Shown here piece by piece: positions 1-9,653 of a stretch of 29,049 bases of DNA (positions within the stretch are counted from its first letter, which is position 1; each line of letters opens with the position of its first letter). Source of the stretch: Candidatus Aenigmatarchaeota archaeon (lineage in GTDB: Archaea > Aenigmatarchaeota > Aenigmatarchaeia > QMZP01 > QMZT01). The stretch is taken from assembly GCA_043808015.1 (NCBI GenBank), contig JAZDFI010000016.1:1-29049 (forward strand). The letters run 5' to 3'. The translations under genes and the position numbers were made by a program. The notes beneath the pieces were generated by a model. That model did not search any database. It had not been told where the DNA came from and saw nothing but the letters and a program-made list of their open reading frames with translations.

Positions 1-36
1 GATAAACTTTTTATGATGCCGCACGATTTCTTATTC

Positions 37-1587
37 ATGGCTTTCATCGAGCATGCGATGATAAAGAAGGACACGCTTGAATCGCGATTGTACCAGGAAG
101 CGATACTCGGCCGGGCGGTCGCTAGCGACCTGCTATGCGTATTGCCGACAGGGTTAGGCAAGACTCCGATAGCGATAGTGCTGGCGGTCTTCCGTCTACA
201 GAAGTTTCCCGGTTCGAAAATTCTGGTCATGGCTCCGACAAGGCCGCTGACCGAGCAGCACCTGCATTCTTTCAGGCGCGTGATAAACCTGCCCGACGAG
301 GCGTTCGTGCTGGTCACGGGCAAGACGAAGCCCGAAAGCAGGCAGGAGGTTTACAAAAGCGCGAGCATAATTTTCGCGACGCCGCAGACGATAGAGAACG
401 ACGTCCAGGAAGGCAGGATTAATCTCGCCGATTTTTCGCTGGTCGTCTTCGATGAAGCGCACCATTCAATAGGCGACTACGCCTACCCGTTCATAGCGAA
501 AGCGTACGCTGGTCAGGCGAAGAACAAAAGGATACTCGGACTGACGGCGTCGCCTGGCGGGACGAAGGCTAAGATAAAGGAAATAATGGACAACCTCGGC
601 ATACGCGAGGTCGAGATTCGCACCGAGAGCGACGATGATGTCGAATCGTGGGTCCAGGAAAAAAAGGTCGAATGGGTCTATGTCGATCTGCCTGACGATT
701 TTTTGGGATTGCGCGATTCGCTCAAGCGCGCGTACATGGAAAGGCTCGAAAAACTGCACAAGGTCGGCTTCAGGAAGCCGGTCGGCATCATAAGCAAGCG
801 AGATCTGCTGGCGTTGCAGCAGAAGCTCATGCAGAGCCCTACGCGCGACTACACGAAGTTCTGGGGCGTCTCGCTGGTAGCGCAGGCCATAAAAATCGAG
901 CATGCGCTCGGGCTTCTCGAGACCCAGGGCATAACGTCGCTCTGGAATTACTTCCGCAAGCTCTCGTCGGACAAGGCCAGGTCGTCGAAAAGCGTACTGC
1001 GCGACAAGAAAGTCGAGAAAGCGATGGAGCTCGCCCAGGCGCTCGAGGCCGATGGAAGGAAGCACCCCAAAATCGGCAAACTCAGCGAGCTCGTCAGCAG
1101 CCAGCTGCGTGCAAAGCCCGATTCCAAAATCATCATATTCGCCAATTACAGGGAAATGGTCAGGGAGATCGTGAAGGCGCTCTCGTCCGTCGAAGGCGCC
1201 GTGCCGGGCGAGTTCATGGGACAAAAGGATGGAATGTCCCAGCTCGAGCAGAAGCAGCGCATAGAGGAGTTCAAGGAAGGCACGTACAACGTGCTGGTCA
1301 CGACTTCGATCGGCGAAGAGGGTATCGATATACCCGAGATGGAGCTGGCGATATTCTACGAGCCCGTTCCCAGCGAAATCCGCTCGATACAGCGACGCGG
1401 GCGCGTCGGCCGCACGAAGGTCGGGCGAATAGTCATACTCATCGCCAGGCGCACGCGCGACGAGGCTTATTACTGGACCGCACAGAAGAAAGAGGGCGTG
1501 ATGAAGCGCACGCTGCATGAGATGAAAGAGGAATCGTCTGGCTCGAAAAAGCCCAGGCGCGGCCAGCGGAATATAATGGATTTCTAG
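37..1587 (+). CDS. Hef/FANCM (Mph1)-type SF2 DNA helicase, helicase domain only (no ERCC4 nuclease domain), with C-terminal PIP-box-like motif
   Basis: Motifs LPTGLGKT, APTRPL, DEAHH, GLTASPG, GEEGIDIP, QRRGRVGR. N-terminus MAFIEHAMIKKDTLESRLYQ is typical of archaeal Hef. Start placed at ATG 37 because TTTTTATG at 8-15 lies about 29 nt upstream; the track start is 13. Confidence 0.9.
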   Translation: MAFIEHAMIKKDTLESRLYQEAILGRAVASDLLCVLPTGLGKTPIAIVLAVFRLQKFPGSKILVMAPTRPLTEQHLHSFRRVINLPDEAFVLVTGKTKPESRQEVYKSASIIFATPQTIENDVQEGRINLADFSLVVFDEAHHSIGDYAYPFIAKAYAGQAKNKRILGLTASPGGTKAKIKEIMDNLGIREVEIRTESDDDVESWVQEKKVEWVYVDLPDDFLGLRDSLKRAYMERLEKLHKVGFRKPVGIISKRDLLALQQKLMQSPTRDYTKFWGVSLVAQAIKIEHALGLLETQGITSLWNYFRKLSSDKARSSKSVLRDKKVEKAMELAQALEADGRKHPKIGKLSELVSSQLRAKPDSKIIIFANYREMVREIVKALSSVEGAVPGEFMGQKDGMSQLEQKQRIEEFKEGTYNVLVTTSIGEEGIDIPEMELAIFYEPVPSEIRSIQRRGRVGRTKVGRIVILIARRTRDEAYYWTAQKKEGVMKRTLHEMKEESSGSKKPRRGQRNIMDF

Positions 1588-1638
1588 CTGTTTCTAGCAC
1601 AAACATCCGTTAAAAAACTTGCCGCAACCGTATTTTCG

Positions 1639-2541
1639 ATGAAGAGAAGGAATTTCATAGGGAACGCATTGAAGCTGGCGGGTGGAGCTGCTTTGGGTGT
1701 ATCATTGTTAAATCACAGCGCTTCTGCGAGAAAAGTAAGTCTGGGCATAGAAACGGAAGAAGGATTGGCGGAAAGCAGCAGGAGTTTCGGAGAAAAAGTG
1801 CTTTTTGTCGAGAAAAACTATACCGATTACCCCTTTAGTTATGAGGGTGCCCTGGACAAATTGTATGATATAAGGAAAGCTTTTCATAGAAAATTCAATC
1901 CAAAAGACGAGTCAGCCAACCTTTTTACAATTTACGAAATATTGCAGGGAAAGCCGTTCAGTTTTTCGTTCAACCCGAAAGGGAAAACCGTGGATCTTCT
2001 GGCGCAAGGTTTCAATGAGGGCATTCTCGATTGCGACACCGCAGGTTTTATTTATCTTGACCTGGCGGACATGGAGGGAATGCCATTATCCGCGGCTAAG
2101 TCAGTCAGCAAAAACGGAACGCATTTTTACCTGATATGGCCTGACAGTCCCGTGAATGAATTCCTGTTCCATCCAAACATGGGAGTTTTCGGAGAAATCT
2201 CAGGGAATTACAATTCTCCCACAAAAGAGGAGAAAGCCCTTGGCATATACAACAGAAAACTGAGCAGGAAAGAAACGCTCGGTGGGGTTTATTTTAATGC
2301 CGGCATACGCTGCTGTGAGAAAGAGGCTCCGCCCGAAAAGCAGGCCATGCTTTTCGGGAAAGCGGTTAAGCTCGATGACAGGAACTTGCCTGCTTACTAT
2401 TTCCTTTCACATGCCCTTTGCGATATGGGCAGGTACGGCGAAGCGATTGAAATGGCAGAGAAAGCCGCAACTAGCGGAAGGGAGGCGTATGTCAGCTGGC
2501 TCGGCTACCTTAAAGAATACAAGTCGCAGCCATCGAAGTGA
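1639..2541 (+). CDS. Putative Tat-exported protein with transglutaminase-like core and C-terminal TPR
   Basis: N-terminal KRRNFI, hydrophobic stretch and ASA cleavage-like site; central LDCD..Y..LA...HFYLIW pattern; TPR-like AYYFLSHALCDMGRYGEAIEMAEKA. TTAAAAAA at 1610-1617 upstream. Confidence 0.6.
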   Translation: MKRRNFIGNALKLAGGAALGVSLLNHSASARKVSLGIETEEGLAESSRSFGEKVLFVEKNYTDYPFSYEGALDKLYDIRKAFHRKFNPKDESANLFTIYEILQGKPFSFSFNPKGKTVDLLAQGFNEGILDCDTAGFIYLDLADMEGMPLSAAKSVSKNGTHFYLIWPDSPVNEFLFHPNMGVFGEISGNYNSPTKEEKALGIYNRKLSRKETLGGVYFNAGIRCCEKEAPPEKQAMLFGKAVKLDDRNLPAYYFLSHALCDMGRYGEAIEMAEKAATSGREAYVSWLGYLKEYKSQPSK

Positions 2542-2574
2542 ATATTATTAATCCGGCGCGCGCAATATCTAATT

Positions 2575-3951
2575 ATGTATTCCCACGCAATACAGAAAAT
2601 TCTGGAACATGGCAAAATAAGCGTCGGCGACAGGATTCTCGTGGAAAAGGGTAACAAGAGCTACGAGGGCCTGCTCATGCCCAAGCCGTCGCATGGCGAC
2701 GAGAAGACCATTCTGGTAAAGCTGGACAGCGGCTACAACATAGGCGTCGACATGACGGACGCGAAGGTCACCAAGTCTCATGTCAAGGAGCCGAAAGACG
2801 TCGCCGACGAGGCGAAATACGAGTTCGGCAGGACGAACAAAGAGCTGCTACAGATCGCTTTCGATGCGAACAAGCCGCACGTCGCTCTCATTTCTACTGG
2901 AGGAACGATTGCTTCCCGTGTCGACTATAAGACTGGCGGCGTATACGCTGTCGAGAACCCGAAGGAGCTCTTGCACAACATCCCGGAACTTTCCCATATC
3001 GTTAATCTTGAGATGTTCTCGCCCATGAAAAAGATGAGCGAAGACCTCGATCCGGAAGACTGGCAGCACATTGCAAAGGAAGTTGCGAAGGAGCTGAACG
3101 CGGGCAAGAAAGGCGTGATAATAACGCACGGCACGGACACGCTTCACTACACTGCGGCCGCGCTCTCGTTCTTCCTGCAGAATCTGCACAAGCCCGTCGT
3201 GCTCGTCGGGGCTCAAAGGTCGAGTGACCGCGGCTCCAGCGACGCGGGAATGAATCTCATATGCGCAGCTCACGCGGCGGTCTCGAATATCGCTGAAGTC
3301 GGGACTTGCATGCACGGCAGCACGAGCGACGACTACTGTCATTTCATCCGCGGCACGAAGGTGCGCAAGATGCACACGACCAGGCGAGACGCCTTCAGGT
3401 CTATAAACGAGCTTCCGCTCGCTAAAATCTACCACAGCGGCAGGATTGAGATGCTGAACAACAATTACAGAAAGAGGGACGATAAACAGCGCGTCGAAGT
3501 AGACGCGAAAATCGAACCCGAGGTAGCGCTGCTGAAAGTCTATCCCGGTGCTGACCCGAAGGTTATCGATTTTCACGTCAAGAACGGCGTCAAGGGCTTC
3601 GTTATCGAAGGGACGGGCATGGGCCACGTGCCGACAGACGTCGCGAAAAAGCCGTGGACGCTCGCCATAGGGAAGCATGCCGAGACGATACCATTCGTCG
3701 TGACGTCACAGGCGATATTCGGCAGAGTCAATCCGTATGTTTACACGAACCTGCGCAAGCTGTTCGCCGAAGCGAAAGCGATTCCCGGCGAGGACATGAC
3801 CAGCGAGACGGCTTACGTCAAGCTCATGTGGGTCCTGGGAAAGACGAAGAGCATGGAGAAAGTCAGGGAAATGATGCTCACGAATTATGCGGGCGAAATC
3901 ACACCGCGCACGCAAGCGGATGCTTTTTCTGCAGAGGGGTTGAATGAGTGA
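2575..3951 (+). CDS. gatD: Glutamyl-tRNA(Gln) amidotransferase subunit D
   Basis: N-terminal KLDSGYNIG domain, asparaginase motifs TGGTIASRVDY, HGTDT, GAQRSSDR; overlaps gatE. Confidence 0.97.
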   Translation: MYSHAIQKILEHGKISVGDRILVEKGNKSYEGLLMPKPSHGDEKTILVKLDSGYNIGVDMTDAKVTKSHVKEPKDVADEAKYEFGRTNKELLQIAFDANKPHVALISTGGTIASRVDYKTGGVYAVENPKELLHNIPELSHIVNLEMFSPMKKMSEDLDPEDWQHIAKEVAKELNAGKKGVIITHGTDTLHYTAAALSFFLQNLHKPVVLVGAQRSSDRGSSDAGMNLICAAHAAVSNIAEVGTCMHGSTSDDYCHFIRGTKVRKMHTTRRDAFRSINELPLAKIYHSGRIEMLNNNYRKRDDKQRVEVDAKIEPEVALLKVYPGADPKVIDFHVKNGVKGFVIEGTGMGHVPTDVAKKPWTLAIGKHAETIPFVVTSQAIFGRVNPYVYTNLRKLFAEAKAIPGEDMTSETAYVKLMWVLGKTKSMEKVREMMLTNYAGEITPRTQADAFSAEGLNE

Positions 3952-5836
3952 AATCGATTTTTCCAAGCTCGGGCTGAAATGCGGCATCGAGATTCACCAG
4001 CAGCTCGACACACAGCACAAGCTTTTCTGTATGTGCAGGTCGCGCTTCTCCGAGGCGAAGCCGTTGCTTGAAATAGCGCGCAAGCTGCGCGTCGTCGCCG
4101 GCGAAACGGGCGAAATCGACGTCGCCGCGCTGGGCGAAGTCGCGAAAGGAACGGAGTTCGTTTACCGGGTTTATCCGGAAGAGTCATGCTTGATTGAGCT
4201 TGACGATGAGCCTCCTGGCAACATGAATTCCGAAGCGCTCGACATCGTCCTGACGGTTGCCGAGATGCTGAAATGCGAGGTGCCTGAGGAAATACACGTG
4301 ATGCGCAAGACCGTGCTAGACGGCTCGAACACTTCCGGTTTCCAGCGCACGTCGATAGCAGGGCTTCGCGGGAAAATGGCGACCAGCTTCGGCGATGTCG
4401 GCATAGAGAACGTGTGCCTTGAAGAGGAAAGCTGCCAGATAATGGGGCGCGACGGAAACCGCGTTTTCTACGGCCTAGACAGGCTGGGGATACCGCTGGT
4501 CGAGATTGGCACGTCACCCGATATCCACACGCCGGAACAGGCGCGCGAGGTCTCCGAGAAGCTTGGCATGATAGTCCGCTCGACTGAAAAGGTGAAGCGC
4601 GGCCTCGGCACGATACGCCAGGACGTGAACGTTTCGATAGCGAATGGCGCGCGTGTCGAAATAAAAGGCGCGCAGGAGCTGCGCATGATTCCCAAGTTCG
4701 TCGAGAACGAGGCGCTCAGGCAGGCGAGCCTTATTGAAATAAAGAAGGAGCTTCACAAAGCCGGCTTCAAACAGGTCAGGCCGAAAGTCGTTCACGTTTC
4801 TCATATTTTCAAGGATTCAGAATCCAAGATTACGAAAGACAAGACGACTTATGCGATTCTCATCCCGGACTTTGCCGGTTACATGAAACGCGCGCTCACA
4901 CCATCGCGCACGCTGGGCAACGAAATAGCCAATTACGTGCGGGCAAAATCGGAAATGAAAGGCATAATCCACAGCGACGAGGAACTGGAGAAATATAAGC
5001 TGACGAAGGATTTCGAGAAGCTGAGACATGAAATGAAAGCCGGCCCCGGAGACACCCTGATAATAGCGGTCGGCGAAGAAAAGGCAGTCGAGAAGACGAT
5101 GGATATCGTCTCAGAACGCATAAACCAGCTAGTTATTGGCGTGCCGAAGGAAGTGAGGAAGGCGCTCGACACGGGCGAGACGGAGTTCATGCGGCCGCTG
5201 CCAGGCGCCGCTCGTCTGTACCCGGAAACCGACGTGCCGCCCATAAGGATAACGCACGTCAGGCTCGCTGAGATAAGGAAGAACCTGCCAGAGCTGCTCT
5301 CCGAAAAAGAGGAGCGCCATGCGAAGGAGATAGTCCACAAGTTCCACATAAGCGGGGAGATAACGAAACAGGTGGTGAAGGCCGGCAAGAAGCACATCTT
5401 CGACGCGCTGGTCGTGACGGGCGCTGACCCGAAGGTAATTGCCAACACACTGGTTTCCACGATGCCTTATCTCAAGAGGGAAAACGTTTATATTGAAAAG
5501 ATAACAGAGGCGCATCTGGCCGGGCTTTTCGATGAGCTGGCCAAAGGGAAGCTGGCGAAAGAAGCGATTCCAGAAGTGCTGAAGGCGCTCGCTAAAGAGC
5601 CATCGCTATCGGTGGAACAAGCGCTTCGCAAGACGAAGATAGTCGATTTGACCATCGACGACCTGAAACTAATCATAATCAAGACGCTCGACAAAAACAG
5701 CGAGCTGGTCGGTGACGAGCGCGGAGAAAATATTCTTCTCGGCCTGGTCATGCAGCAGGTCCGGGGCAAGATAGACACGACCATCGTGATGAGCGAACTG
5801 AGAATAGCGATAAGCAAGCGCAAAGAAAGAAAATGA
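3944..5836 (+). CDS. gatE: Glutamyl-tRNA(Gln) amidotransferase subunit E
   Basis: GLKCGIEIHQQL, DGSNTSGFQRT, LDRLGIPLVEI, GLGTIRQDVNVSI, RPLPGAARLYPETD; 8-nt overlap with gatD. Confidence 0.97.
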   Translation: MSEIDFSKLGLKCGIEIHQQLDTQHKLFCMCRSRFSEAKPLLEIARKLRVVAGETGEIDVAALGEVAKGTEFVYRVYPEESCLIELDDEPPGNMNSEALDIVLTVAEMLKCEVPEEIHVMRKTVLDGSNTSGFQRTSIAGLRGKMATSFGDVGIENVCLEEESCQIMGRDGNRVFYGLDRLGIPLVEIGTSPDIHTPEQAREVSEKLGMIVRSTEKVKRGLGTIRQDVNVSIANGARVEIKGAQELRMIPKFVENEALRQASLIEIKKELHKAGFKQVRPKVVHVSHIFKDSESKITKDKTTYAILIPDFAGYMKRALTPSRTLGNEIANYVRAKSEMKGIIHSDEELEKYKLTKDFEKLRHEMKAGPGDTLIIAVGEEKAVEKTMDIVSERINQLVIGVPKEVRKALDTGETEFMRPLPGAARLYPETDVPPIRITHVRLAEIRKNLPELLSEKEERHAKEIVHKFHISGEITKQVVKAGKKHIFDALVVTGADPKVIANTLVSTMPYLKRENVYIEKITEAHLAGLFDELAKGKLAKEAIPEVLKALAKEPSLSVEQALRKTKIVDLTIDDLKLIIIKTLDKNSELVGDERGENILLGLVMQQVRGKIDTTIVMSELRIAISKRKERK

Positions 5837-5863
5837 TTTTTGAATTTCCATTTTTGATTACAA

Positions 5864-7168
<1,305 letters not shown>

Positions 7169-7220
7169 TTAGTTTGTAAACAGGTTTAATAACCTTGAAA
7201 GAGCCGTTTAGGCTGAATCG

Positions 7221-8033
7221 TTAGAGATAGCACTTCATCTTCTGGCCCGTGACGCCGGCAAAAAGTTCGATGTACGGCTTCACGGGACTCGAATTTATCT
7301 TTTTAAGAAGGACCTCTTCCACCTGGAAGAAACCCACCGGCGAATCCATCTCTATCGTTATGCGTATCGCGCGCTTGTCGCCCCTGTCTATCGTGACTTT
7401 CTCTATCGATGACGACGAATACTTGTGGATGTCTCCCATCTTACCTTCCTTCGACTCGCCCATTTTCATGGGGATGCGCGCGCGGCCCTTCTCCATGTCG
7501 CAGCCGTCCGCTATGAGAATGACGCCCGCCTCGAGCGATTCGATCTTTTGCCCGCCCATGTGGCCCAGAATCCCCTCGATCACCATCGAACGGACGGCGA
7601 TGCGCTTCTCGACGTCGTCCTTGTATATCTGCGAAAGAATCTTGTCAATGACGGGAAGGGCGAACATCGCCGAGACGTTCTCATGCTTCTCGCGGCCGAC
7701 GCACATGCCTATGTCGTGCAGGAACGAAGCGAGCATGACGGCGATTTTGCTGTCCTCGAACGAGCCGGCGCCTTCTTTCTCGCTGTTAAGCTGAATGCCC
7801 GCTTTGTTGAGCAGGTCGAGCATGGTCAGCGCGTTTATGACGACCTTTCTCATGTGGACCGGGCCGTGGTCGTTGTATCCAAGCCGCTTTATCGAGACGG
7901 TGTTCGCGTAGTCCTGCATGCAGTCTATTTCGCCGTCTTTGAGCATGAGCTGTGCCGTCTTGAGCGGTCGTCCGCTGCCGGCGAGCATTTTCAGAATCTT
8001 CTCGTCCAGCGACGTTTCTTTTGGTGATGTCAT
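7221..8033 (-). CDS. HD-domain metal-dependent phosphohydrolase
   Basis: RLGYNDHGPVH ... LHDIG ... H ... H ... ADGCDMEKGRAR pattern of an HD superfamily subfamily. Confidence 0.85.
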   Translation of the reverse strand: MTSPKETSLDEKILKMLAGSGRPLKTAQLMLKDGEIDCMQDYANTVSIKRLGYNDHGPVHMRKVVINALTMLDLLNKAGIQLNSEKEGAGSFEDSKIAVMLASFLHDIGMCVGREKHENVSAMFALPVIDKILSQIYKDDVEKRIAVRSMVIEGILGHMGGQKIESLEAGVILIADGCDMEKGRARIPMKMGESKEGKMGDIHKYSSSSIEKVTIDRGDKRAIRITIEMDSPVGFFQVEEVLLKKINSSPVKPYIELFAGVTGQKMKCYL

Positions 8034-8066
8034 GCTAATAATTCCTTTCGTGCAATAAAAATAAAA

Positions 8067-9515
8067 TCAGACTTCAGGCCCGCTCCAGTAGTTAGGCGCC
8101 TCGTCCGTGATTATGACGTCGTGCGGGTGCGACTCCTTGATGCCCTCTTTGGTTATCCGTATGAACCTCGCTTTCCTGCGCATCTCGTCTATGTTCGCGC
8201 AGCCGCAGTATCCCATCGACGAGCGAAGCCCTCCGACCATCTGGAAGACGATTTCAGAAACCGTCCCTCGATAGGGAACCATTCCCTCGACCCCCTCAGG
8301 CACGAACTTGCTGGCGTCGGCCTGAGCGTAGCGGTCTTTCGAGCCGAGCTTCATCGCATTGATGGAGCCCATGCCCCTGTATTTCTTGTATTTCCTGCCG
8401 CCGCGGTAGACGACTTCTCCAGGCGCTTCCTCGGTGCCGGCGAAAAGCGAGCCTATCATGATGACTCTCGCGCCGGCTGCAATCGCTTTCGCAATATCGC
8501 CCGAGTTCTTTATGCCCCCGTCGGCGATTACTGCGACCTTGTATTTTTCGGCTGCTTTCGCGCATTCCTGCACCGCGGTTATCTGCGGGACGCCTATGCC
8601 AGCGATTATCCTTGTCGTGCATATCGAACCGGGTCCCATGCCGACCTTTATCGCGTTTGCGCCCGCGGATATCAGGTCAAGCGTCCCTTCCCTTGTGGCG
8701 ACGTTGCCCGCTATAATGTCAATATCATATGCCTTCTTCAGCTGCTTCACCGTCTTTATGACGTTCTCCGTGTGGCCGTGCGCCGTATCGACGGCTATCA
8801 CGTCGACGCCCGCCTTTATCAGCGCTTCCGCGCGCTTCATGTCAAAAGGTCCTATCGCGCCGCCGACAATCAGCCTGCCTTCGCGGTCTTTCGCAGAGTG
8901 CGGAAACTCCTCGCGTTTCTTGAGATCGGAAATCGTTATGAGACCTTTCAGCCGGCCGGCGGCATCGACGACGGGAAGCTTCTCTATCTTGTGCTGGTTC
9001 ATTATCCTGATGGCGTGATTAGTATCCGGCTTCTGTATCGTTATCGGCTTCTTCGTCATTGCGTCGCGCACCTTCTCGCTCGGGTCGTTCTTGAACCACA
9101 TGTCCCTGCTCGTGAGGATGCCGACCACCCTGTTTCTCTCCACCACGACGAAGCTGCCGATGCCCGTCTTGTTGATAATTTCCCTGACCTTGCCCAGCGT
9201 GTCGTCGGGCCTGAGCGTGATGGGGTTGCGTATGACGCCGGACTCGAACTTCTTCACATGTTCGACTTCGTCCGCCTGCTTCTCCACCGGCATGTTCTTG
9301 TGTATTATGCCCATGCCGCCTTCTTTCGCCAGCATTATGGCCATTTGCGATTCCGTCACGGTGTCCATCGCGGCGCTCATGATGGGTATGTTCAGGCTTA
9401 TGCGCTTCGTGAGCCTCGTGCGGGTGTCGACGTCCTTCGGCAGAACCGTCGATCGCCTGGGCACTAGAAGAACGTCGTCGAATGTGAGCGCCACTTTCTT
9501 TTTCAGCCTGTCCAT
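8067..9515 (-). CDS. guaB: IMP dehydrogenase with CBS pair
   Basis: LTFDDVLL, SAAMDTVT, DTAHGH, GPGSICTTR (catalytic Cys), ADGG, YRGMGS, EGVEG, ESHPHD. Confidence 0.98.
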   Translation of the reverse strand: MDRLKKKVALTFDDVLLVPRRSTVLPKDVDTRTRLTKRISLNIPIMSAAMDTVTESQMAIMLAKEGGMGIIHKNMPVEKQADEVEHVKKFESGVIRNPITLRPDDTLGKVREIINKTGIGSFVVVERNRVVGILTSRDMWFKNDPSEKVRDAMTKKPITIQKPDTNHAIRIMNQHKIEKLPVVDAAGRLKGLITISDLKKREEFPHSAKDREGRLIVGGAIGPFDMKRAEALIKAGVDVIAVDTAHGHTENVIKTVKQLKKAYDIDIIAGNVATREGTLDLISAGANAIKVGMGPGSICTTRIIAGIGVPQITAVQECAKAAEKYKVAVIADGGIKNSGDIAKAIAAGARVIMIGSLFAGTEEAPGEVVYRGGRKYKKYRGMGSINAMKLGSKDRYAQADASKFVPEGVEGMVPYRGTVSEIVFQMVGGLRSSMGYCGCANIDEMRRKARFIRITKEGIKESHPHDVIITDEAPNYWSGPEV

Positions 9516-9527
9516 GAGTTTACCCCG

Positions 9528-9544
9528 AGCATAAAATTTATGCT
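9528..9544. promoter_or_regulatory. 17-bp inverted repeat just upstream of the guaB start (operator or 5' UTR hairpin)
   Basis: AGCATAAA-A-TTTATGCT, perfect 8-bp arms, 12 nt upstream of the guaB ATG and adjacent to a GGGGT SD-like motif on the minus strand. Confidence 0.4.
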
Positions 9545-9653
9545 GTGTTCCTATGTCTAGTTTTTCTTGAGAAGATTATCGGGCCGGGCAATTTAAAGTT
9601 TTCGATGCGTCATATGCGGCGGGCTTTTTATCGGCCGGCGGCAAAATTAATAC

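Noticed and set aside
466-1518. 350-aa antisense ORF within the helicase gene
   Set aside because: Shadow of a GC3-rich sense gene; no recognisable motifs
1581-1598. TTTCTAGC direct repeat at the helicase/Tat-gene boundary
   Set aside because: An 8-bp tandem duplication with no matching copy at the other end of the AT-rich gene, so not a target-site duplication
7172-7195. Short palindromes near the purA promoter (GTTTGTAAAC; AGGTT-TAAT-AACCT)
   Set aside because: Arms of only 4-5 bp in AT-rich promoter DNA, and not shared with the guaB upstream region
8121-9467. 448-aa antisense ORF within guaB, and similar shadows in gatD, gatE, corA, the beta-CASP gene and the ABC ATPase
   Set aside because: Fully nested opposite well-conserved genes; explained by codon bias
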